Assembly: GCF_009914755.1 (NCBI RefSeq)
Contig: NC_060935.1
Length of the DNA: 64,000 nucleotides
Source of the DNA: the human T2T-CHM13v2.0 reference genome, Homo sapiens
Strand: one strand, 5' to 3'
Position 1 is the stretch's first letter; the number at the start of each line of letters is the position of its first letter. This document shows positions 52,618 through 64,000 of this stretch, piece after piece. A program made the position numbers and the translations under genes. The notes below the pieces were generated by a model, which was given only the letters and a program-made list of their open reading frames with translations, did not search any database and was not told the origin of the DNA.

Positions 52618-55044
52618 GTATAGTACTTTTTAAAGTTCTATCCTGGAATGGGATTTACGGAAGGCAGAACCATTTTCCTGCAAACCATAAAACCTGATAG
52701 GAGTGTTTTCCCTTGTCCCTCTTAGTTGTGTTCTATATGTATTTATATGCTTTACTTTATCTTACTTCATCCTCATGATAACCTGCAAGGTCTTTCTCCC
52801 ACATTTTGCAGAAAAGAAGCCCAGGGAGATGAGCTAGTATGGCCAGCATCTCACAGTGAGAAAGTGTACCAGGGCTAGAACCTAGGTCTTGAGACTTTGT
52901 GTCTTCAGATGCTGCATCATGTGACTTTCCCACAGTATAGCAACCCCTAAGAAGAATATATTGGTGCACTTACAAATGTGGCTTGAGTCATTAAATGCTT
53001 GCTTATTTGCCCAACGACTATGGTGGCTACTGTGGATTCCAGAAAAGTACATGACAAGTTCTCTGCCTTCCTGGAACTGACCATCTGTTGGGAAGGCAAA
53101 AAAACATGTACATATTTGTACATTTCACAGATTTTTGACTAAAAGTTTACTGTGTACCCAGCACTGGTGCATTAAATACTGGGGATACAAAGATGAATTT
53201 CTTGCCCTTGATACATTTACTATCTAGTGAGGAGAGAGACAGACAAATATGCTATAATTATATTATAATAATATTTATAAGAGTGCTTACCACGGGCTCA
53301 AATTTTTGCTAGATATTTAATACACTTTCTCTAATCCTCACAACACTTTATTTACACATGAAGACAGGAAGGCTCGGAGAGTTTAAATGATTTGCCCAAT
53401 AAGTGGCAAAGGTGAGACATGTCTCTGTTTAATAATTTATAATGAAAAGTTAGAGAAACTAGTATATTTGAACGCTTGTGATTAGCAAACCTGCATGGAA
53501 GTCAACTTCCCTTTGGGTGGATCAAAAGGAGCAAAATGAATTATACCTTTACAATTGTCATTCTCAGGTAGGTGTGATCTTGCCAGTAAGTCTGAGTCTT
53601 TTTGGCTACGATCTGCAGCTTGTATCTCCACATAAGGAAACCACACCAGTGGACTATATGTTAGGCTAGAGATGAAGGCTTTCTCCCCTCTGGTTGGTGT
53701 TCTAGCTGGCCTGGGGAGAGGGCCACATTTGAACTCTAGTCTTTCTGACTTGAAGTCTATATTCTGACTACTGTACCATGTCCTTCCTCCTCCTGTGTAA
53801 AGGAGGTGTGTGTCCATAGGTCAGTGTGGTCCCAAGAAAGGGTTGCCTGTGACTGCCTGAGGGATTAAGGGAAGATTCACAGAGGAGGAAGTGCTTAAAC
53901 AGGTCTTGAGAAAAATAGGAGTTTGCCAGATGGAAAGCGAGAAGGGCATACCAGGCAGAAGGAACAGGACATACAAAGGCATGGACACACAAGAAAGCAC
54001 AGACTGTTTAGAGAGTTGTAAGTGGTTTAGTGAGAGGCAGAATGGTTGGCTATGAGGCCATATAAGTAGGCAGAGGCCAGCTCACAGAGGTCTTTGCTAA
54101 GTAGTTTAGACCTTGCACTATAGGCAATAGGAAGCCACTGAATTTTAACGTGTCAGATTCGTACATTAGAAAGATCAGCTTTAGTAGCCTAAAGGTATAA
54201 AGTAGATCATAAGTAACAGCCAAATTGAACCTGTATCTTGAGTTAGAACAAGCAGAGGAAAATAATTTGAAGTTAGATCTAGTTTTGTTTTAGGCAGATG
54301 ACTCCTTTGATCCCCTTGGAAACTCAGGAGAGGAGAGTATTAGGAGTGACTTCAAATGTGGAACGATTAGCCTTTTGCTAGGTCGTCTCATGCTTGGAAA
54401 TTCTCTGGCTCTTGCCTGAGCCATGGTCCTAGTTAAACCATGGAGATGGGATTGGTTCCACGGTTTCACCAAGGATTCATGTAGGCCATTCTCTGACGCA
54501 CATACACACACTGATTCAGACCTGGAACTGACTGCATCTCCCTGGAATTCTTTGGGTCAAAAATGACCCATAGTCCTAGACTGATCAACTAAATTCATCC
54601 CAAATCTTACTAACACCTATTCTATGCCAGATGCTTTCATATACTTCATATCATTTGATCCGTAACAACTTTGTGAGGTGTAGGTATCAGCCCAATTTGA
54701 TGAATTAGGAAATTCAATGGTAGAAAGGCTGTCCAGCTAGTACATGGTAGAGCTGGGATTTGAGAGGCAGACAGAGTATCCTATTGTCATCCATTCTTAG
54801 TGTAAGTTTTTTCCAGTGGCGTGGAGTGTTGTAAACATTCTTGCATATCATAAGTGACATTCATATTAGACATTGAATGACCATTATACTTAGAAATGTA
54901 CCAATGATTTAATTCTTTTCTAGCAGTAAGTTTTGCTGTGAACTCCAAAGCTCACCCCTAAAATACAGGAACAGCTATCCTGAAGCTCCTGCATGAAACC
55001 CCCCACTCTATCTTAGAATTGTGCATAGTTCATAATACATGTTA

Positions 55045-55220
<176 letters not shown>

Positions 55221-56744
55221 TATTTATTTGAGAGAGAGAGAGAGATACTTACATTTTGGAAAGTACTCTGGCTGCAGTTGGAGAGCAGACTGGCTCACTT
55301 TTTGATGTTGTAGAAAGTCCTTGGACTTTAGAGTCAGGCAAACTGGAGTTCATGCCCTTTTACTATCAGCGTGACTCCCAGAAAGTCACCAAATTTCTCT
55401 GAGCCTCAGTCTGCTCATCTGTAAGATGAAGCTTGTATCTACCTCAAGGTTATTGTGAGGATTAGAGATAACAAATATAAAGTGCCCAGTTTATAGTGGT
55501 TGGGTTTTTATTGTTTCAGAGTAATGCTTTGGACTTTAATCTTACCTGTGTGAGAAAAATGAGTTGTCGTACTTTGCTAATTTTTTTGCCAACTAACCTT
55601 TATTGGAGTGCCTACTTTGTGCTGTAGACAGCACATCAGACTGTCAAAACTGAGGTTCTAACAAAGTGAGGAGGGAGGGCTAATGGACCCAGTGTTTCCT
55701 TGCAGTTCTGCTCACCTGTCAAATTCCTGACTCCCCTTTGTCCCACCAGCACCCCTACCTTTCAGGTGGGCTGCGTGTCATTCTGTGTGCTACACAACAC
55801 ACCCTTGTTTCAACCATATTTCTACTTGAAGTCGTTTAGAGGAAAGCCAAAGGTCTGAGTATGCATTCTATTTCCTCAAGTACAGACATCAGAGAATGCT
55901 GTTTATTAATGAAAAAATAAACAGATCTTTGGCAGCAAAGAAGCCTCCCCCAATGATGTATGGGGTGCTTGGGCTATAGTCACGCCTGCAGTTTGAGCCC
56001 ATCTGTTTTCTCTGTTCACCTCCTGAGCACTGTCCCCTTGTGGTTTGCATCATTCCTTAAGACCAGCCAACTCCAACCCTCCTCAGTCCACTCATTCAAT
56101 AGCTGTCTTATTTAAACACACACACTCTCTCTCTTTGGGTGCCAGATGTGAAGTTTCAAGGCAGCAGAGGCTGGGCTGGCTAGTGCCATGACACCTGCTT
56201 TAGTAGGCAAGCCAGTCAGCTGCCGCTTCTGATGATGTTGGCTCTTCTTCATGGACAGCATGAGGGTTTCACCCCACCAAGTGCACACACAGGCAGCTGA
56301 GGGAGCCTCATAAATTATGGTTTTGTTTGTTTACTTCGGGCAGACAGTGTGGTGTAGTGGAAAGAGCCCTGCACTTGGACGCAGAAAGCACGGGTTTGAG
56401 TGCTTGGTGGTTATGTGCTTTCTGTCTACAGAGCACCTCTTCATGGCACTTATCACTATCTCTGCTAATTGTGTATCTGTTTATCTGCTTATTGGCTATC
56501 TCCTCCACCACAATATAAGTTCTAGGAAGTCACGGACTGTCTATCATTCTATCTCCAGTACCTAGGACAGTGCCTAGAACATAGTAGGCTCTTAGAAAAT
56601 ATTTATTGAATGAATTAATGAATTATAAAACTGCCTCTTCTACTCACTGGCCATGTGATCCTGGGAAAGTCATTCTCTTCTCTGGGCTTCAGTTTTATCA
56701 ACTTGGTTGAAAGCATTAGTTCTCTATCCCTGATGCTGTAAGAG

Positions 56745-57260
56745 TTTAAGAATTCATTCATTTAACAAATTACCTTGTGTCTCCATAGAGGGTACTGCCA
56801 AGCCCTAAAACTACACAGTCATGAACAAGGCAGAAACAGAACGTGCTCTCAAGGAGTTTTGAAAAAGAGAGACAACCAAATAAATAATTGCATGAACAAT
56901 TATGTAATGACCATTGTGATAAGCCTTATAAAAGGATCTGTACAGGGCACTAGGAGAAAAACCACACAGGAGGGCCATGTTGGGGGTTGTCAGAGATTTC
57001 TTGGTGAAAGTGACATTTAAGTCAGACTTTACAGATAAGTAGTTGACCAGGCAAAGATGGTACAGTATTTCAGGGAGAGGGAAGAGCATTTGTGAAAGTC
57101 CAGGGTGGGCATGTGGCTGTAGCCTGGTGACCAACAGGGAGGTCATGCCAAGATCAGGCTAGAGAGGGAGGCTGGGCCAGATGGTTCAGAACCTTGTCGG
57201 CTATGGTAAGGATTCTGTCATATCTAAAGACAAAGGGAAGTCATTGAAAACAATTCCTGT
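56745..57260 (-). mobile_element. L2 3' fragment
   Basis: ttcattcatttaacaaat start and a purine-rich L2 body. Confidence 0.65.
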
Positions 57261-58019
57261 CATTACAAAGGCTTTACTAGTACATACAGAGGGGAAAGCT
57301 GGACTCAGCCTTACATGGCTGTCAGAGGTAGATAGAGCAGATAGTACCTCCATTTTGTAGCTGAGGAAATAGGCCCCAGGGATGATAGGTAACTTACCAA
57401 GACCACTAGGCAAGTCAGTGGTAGAACTTGATCTCTAAAATTTTAGTCTACTTTTCTCAATACTATATCACATTACAAAGTTGAGAGGGTTTTCTTTCCT
57501 TTCACATACTCTAGATGGCCAAATTTTAGACCTAAATGCCTTGTAATAACAGCTCTCATCTGCAAATTGAATGTCTCGAAAGCAACTTTTAAGCAAGTCT
57601 GTTAGCAACAAATCCCTCCAGAGCATTATGCTTGCATTTTGGGTAACTACAACCATATCTTTGATGCCCATTTTAGATTATTGTTAGGATAGATTGTTAG
57701 GAATAGAATTACTGTGTCAAAGGATATACATTTTAAGAAACTTTTCATACATATTGCCAACTTGTCTTCCCAAAGGTTGCGTATCATCATCAGTATATGA
57801 CAGTGACTTTCTCAGTGCTTCAAGTAATAGAGACCAACTCTAATTTAAGCAAAACTGAATAGAGCTTACTTTCTAATCATACATATTTTGTTCACTTAGA
57901 GATGGGAAACTCAACCAGGCTTTGGCAATTTGAATTGAGGAAGAAGATGAAGCTATAGAGATAGTGCCCAAAGGAGGCAGAAAACTCCCCAAGGCATTGT
58001 TCACTGTGAAGAGGCACAC

Positions 58020-58694
58020 AACATAGACATTAAAGATAGGAAAGTGAAGGCAAACTCTATTGTATTCTACTAAAGGAAGAATCCTCAGCATTGTGACATT
58101 CTGCTAAAAGTAACTCCAACTTGGAAAAGCCCTTCCTCTGGCTTGCTACAAAACTAATTGGAGATCCTAACTTGGAGATTGTTGCCATGCTTGCCCTTGC
58201 CCCACAAGAGGTTGTCATGGACCCAGCTTTGGCAGCACAATATATCATGATTTACAGGTTGTTCAAATGTTCTCCCGGATGAGAATGATGATCTGTAAGA
58301 AAATTAATCTGGAGCCCAGCATCAGAAGTATAGTTTTATAAGCATCTGTGCTGTGCTGTCAGTGGTGTAGCGTGTTTGCCATTTTATTGTGTAGCTAAGC
58401 AGAACATGTGCTTTATCTTTGGGATGCTGAAGGAGATGAATGGACTTCAAAAATACCTTCAATTTTTGGACCTGCATATTTAGCTGTTTTTGTTGTTTCC
58501 TTCTGGAGTTTCATATATATTAGGTTAGTACAAAAGTAATGGCAGTTTTTGCCAAAGTATTGCAAAAACCACAGTAACTTTTGCACCAACCTAATACTTA
58601 ACATCATAATATTCAGTGGTGAGGATCTTATTTTACTGCCATTCCCATTCCTTTTCATTTAGAAACAGAATAAAGTTGTATTTCAAATACCTAA
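58020..58694 (+). pseudogene. 5'-truncated processed RAN GTPase pseudogene (RANP family; from memory possibly RANP3)
   Basis: Translates [72 protein letters not shown]...PDENDDL*, matching the RAN C-terminal half. In-frame TAA at 58071, -1 frameshift at ~58101, further indels near 58243-58275, stop at 58296-58298. A RAN-like 3' UTR follows with AATAAA at 58669. No introns. Confidence 0.92.
58520..58594. mobile_element. MADE1 (Hsmar1-derived palindromic MITE) with TA TSD
   Basis: TA|ttaggttagtacaaaagtaatggcagtttttgcc...gcaaaaaccacagtaacttttgcaccaacctaa|TA. Confidence 0.92.
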
Positions 58695-58739
58695 GAGAGA
58701 TACACACAGACACACACACACACACACACGTAGTGTGGT

Positions 58740-61565
58740 CCATAACATAAGTAGAAATAAAATACTTGACAAAACTAGCACAAAGGATGAGGAGGGAGTA
58801 TGGAAGTATAGTATACTCTTCTTCTTATGTTATACTTGAGGTGGTATATTATTTTTAAATTAATAACTTTTTAAACAATTTAACTGTTTTAAGTTAAATA
58901 TGCGTATTGTAAACCTGCGAGCAACCACTGAAAACCACAATGTATAACTCCAAAGTATAGTTAATAAGCCAATAATGCAGATGAAATGGAATACTAAAAT
59001 TACCAATGAATGTTAGAAAAGAAGGAAAAAAAGGACAAAGAATAGATGGGACAAATAGAAAGCAATAAAAAGACATTAGACGTAACCATATCAACATTAA
59101 ATGTAAATGGAATGAACACTTTAATTAAAAGGCAGAAATTACCAGGCTAGATTTTTTTTTTACAAATGGATACAAATATGCTGTGTGCTAGTCTGTTCTT
59201 GCGTTGCTGTAAAGAAATACCTAAGACTGGGTAATTTACAAGGAAAGAGGTTTAATTGTCTCATGGTTCTGCAGGCTGTACAAGCATGGTGCCAGCATCA
59301 GCTTAGCTTCTGGGGAGGCCTCAGGGAGCTTTTACTCATGGCAGAAGGTAAAGCAGGAACAGGCATGTCACATGGCCAGAGCAGGAGCAAGAGAAAGAAG
59401 GGGAGGGGAGATGCCACACACTTTTGCTCAACCAGATCTCATGAGGACTTACTATTGGGAGGACAACACCAAACCATGAGTGATCCCCCCCGATGACTCA
59501 AACACCTCCCCTCAGCCCTGACTTCCAAGATGAGGGGTCACATTTCAACATGAGGCTTTGAGGGGACAACATCCAAACTATATCATGCTGTTTACAGGAA
59601 AGCATGTTAAACATAAAGATGCAGATAGGTTAAAAGTAGTAGGACAGAAAAAGACCATGCGTACACAAATCATAAGAAACCTGGAGTGGCTATATTAATA
59701 TCACATGAAGTAGACTTCAGAACAAGGAGTATTACCAGATGTAAAGAGACATAATAAGAGAGTTAATCAAGAAGATATAATACTCGTAAACGTGCACACA
59801 ATAACATGAAATAAAACAGAACTAAAAACAAGTAGATAAATCTGTAATTTAGGGGAATATAGAATGATGAGCAGGACTTCTGGAATGACAGAGTAAGAAG
59901 CTCAGAAAATCCTCTTTAAAAAGAAATTGTCAAAAACAAAATTGACTAAAGGCTTACAACAAATTGAGAAGCATTTATTCGTGAAAAACTACTGACCCTC
60001 AGGTAAAAATAGTGGGAGTCTGTGGTGTTTTAACCTGGGGCTGCTTCCAACCCACCTTCTCTCCTCTGCTCCCCACCAGCTTGGTCACCAGAGTAATTGT
60101 GCTACAAGGAAAGACAAATCACGAAAACCTGCAGCTTTGCTGTGGGAAGGAGCTCACTTGATTTGAAGCAGAATTTGAAAAACTGCATGCCCGGGGTATT
60201 GAAAGAAAAAATAGCAGTCTCAGTGACGAACTAACAAAAAGCAAGACCAACAATTCAGCTAGCCTGAAGTTGAGGTCCTGGTTGGAGCAAGCAAGGGACC
60301 AGGGAGATAATGGGAATGAGAGCCATAGTGAGCTTCGATAAGCTGCCACATATCCCTAGCAAAGCACATGTGCAGGAGAGACCAAAGAGTGCCTTGGCTA
60401 TCCACATACACCTGGTAGAACTTGAGGCCATGCACACAGGTAGAGGAAATGTGAGAGTGCCCAACAGAAAGGAAATGCCGAGGCAGACTTGTGAACTGCC
60501 TGAATTTTTATGCATTTCCCAACCCACATGTAGATGTGTGACATTGTGGAAAGTAGAAGTCTTACTGGCTCAAGGTATTTGAGCACAACCTCTGATCAAT
60601 CATTAGCTGACCACTAAGCAACACTGACATGGGCGTAAGCCCTTGCAGCAAGGCTTAAAAATAAAGACAAGAATTTAAGAACGAAAATGAAACAAACGAG
60701 AGAGATCAATGGTCCCGCACCACAGACTCTATAGATTTAGTCTAGGCAAGTTACTAACAAAAGCAAAAACAACCCCTAGAGGGGAAATGTCAGATTTCAT
60801 AATTGCTAGAATATATTATCTAAAATATCCAGTTTTCAACCAATACTATGAAATATTCAGAGAAACGGGAACATGTAACACATAATGGGGGGAAATAAAA
60901 TGATATGCAAGACTTGAAAAACTTTATCAATCAACTTGACCTAATTGATATTTACGGAACACAACACTCAGTAACTGCAGAATGCCTGTTCTTTTCAAGC
61001 ATGCATAGAAGACAAACCATGGGGATTTTTACAAAATTCAACACCTATATTTGACCAAAAAAAAAAAAAAGAACACTTTTCAAAAAGTAGGAATAGAAGA
61101 AAACATCCTCAACCTGCTAAATGGAATCTACAAAACACTAAATACCATATATCATACTTTGTGATGAAATATTGAAACGTTCTAAGTTTGGGAACAAGGC
61201 AGGGATGTCTGGTATCAGTTCATGCAATATTATTATGTGACTGGAGGTTTCAGCAAATGCAGTAAGATGAGAAAAGTAAAAGTCATACAGATTGAAAGGA
61301 AGGCATAAAACTGTATTTTCAAAGAACAAGCAAGTAATCTACAAAACAAAAATCTAGGGCTAATATGTGAATTTAGTAACGTGACAGGATACGAGGCCAA
61401 TATACAAGATTCAATCTTTTGTATATCAGCAATTAGTAATTGTAAAATAAAAATAACATTTAAAATGCCATTTATAATAGTGTCAAGAACATAAAATATT
61501 TAGGGATAAATTTAATGAAATATGTTCAACATCTCTACACTAAAAACTAAAACAGTGATGACAAA
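58740..61565 (+). mobile_element. Old L1M fragments (sense), interrupted by an MSTA LTR
   Basis: A-rich L1 ORF2/EN motifs (taaatgtaaatggaatgaacac..aattaaaaggcaga, ctggagtggctatattaatatca). Confidence 0.7.
59184..59585 (-). mobile_element. MSTA-like solo MaLR LTR with perfect 5-bp TSD tgctg
   Basis: tgctg|tgtgctagtctgttcttgcgttgctgtaaagaaatacc...acatccaaactatatca|tgctg. Confidence 0.9.
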
Positions 61566-61567
61566 AA

Positions 61568-63530
<1,963 letters not shown>

Positions 63531-64000
63531 TGTATTAGTTCATTTTCATGCTGCTGATAAAGACATACCTGAAACTGGGAACAAAAAGAGGTTTAATTGG
63601 ACTTAGAGTTCCACATGGCTGAGAAGGCCTCAGAATCATGGCAGGAGGTGAAAGGCACTTCTTACATGGCAGCAGCAAGAGAAAAATGAGGAAGCAAAAG
63701 CAGAAACCCCTGATAAACACATCAGATCTTGTGAGACTTATTATCACAAAAATAGCACAGGAAAGACTGGCCCCCATGATTCAGTTACCTCCCCCTGGGT
63801 CCCTCCCACAACATGTGGGAATTCTGGGAGATAAAATTCAAGTTGAGATTTGGGTGGGGACACAGCCAAACAGTATCATTCTGCTCCTGGCCCCTCCAAA
63901 TCTCATGTTCTCACATTTCAGAACCAATCATGCCTTCCCAACAGTCCCCCAAAGTCTTAACTCATCTCAGCATTCACCTAAAAGTTCACAGTCCAAAGTC
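63531..64000 (-). mobile_element. THE1 (A/B-like) LTR (63531-63878) plus THE1 internal sequence running off the window
   Basis: tgtattagttcattttcatgctgctgataaagacatacc...gacacagccaaacagtatca, then ttctgctcctggcccctccaaatctcatg (THE1-int). Confidence 0.88.

Overview
Primate (almost certainly human) genomic DNA. The window holds the 3' three-quarters of POLD3 (DNA polymerase delta subunit 3 / p66) on the + strand. Ten coding exons (exons 3-12 by the usual numbering) lie between 10084 and 46143, all with GT-AG boundaries. They join into a 1285-nt open frame from the last base of codon Q39 to the C-terminal PIP box QVSITGFFQRK and stop. A ~2 kb 3' UTR follows, with AATAAA at 48076. Exons 1-2 lie upstream of the window. 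The remainder is intronic or intergenic and dominated by repeats: about 30 Alus/FLAMs, L1 (including a young 5'-truncated L1PA with TSDs), L2, MIR, THE1/MST/MLT1 LTRs, MER1B x2, MER5, MER81, Tigger3 and MADE1. About 10 kb downstream of the gene is a 5'-truncated processed RAN pseudogene (58020-58694), missed by the ORF track, with a MADE1 inserted in its 3' UTR. I see no evidence of a genuinely new multi-gene biological system. The most unusual sequence-level signals are: (i) a perfect 79-bp templated copy of 7566-7644 pasted into a different, oppositely oriented Alu at 5785-5863; (ii) candidate unannotated exons at 10692-10724 and 49950-50000; (iii) a 28/29 non-TE direct repeat flanking exon 7; (iv) several perfect short hairpins that look like template-switch scars; and (v) a possible orphan retroposed segment in intron 11. 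Repeat subfamily names and old-repeat boundaries come from recognition by eye and are approximate.
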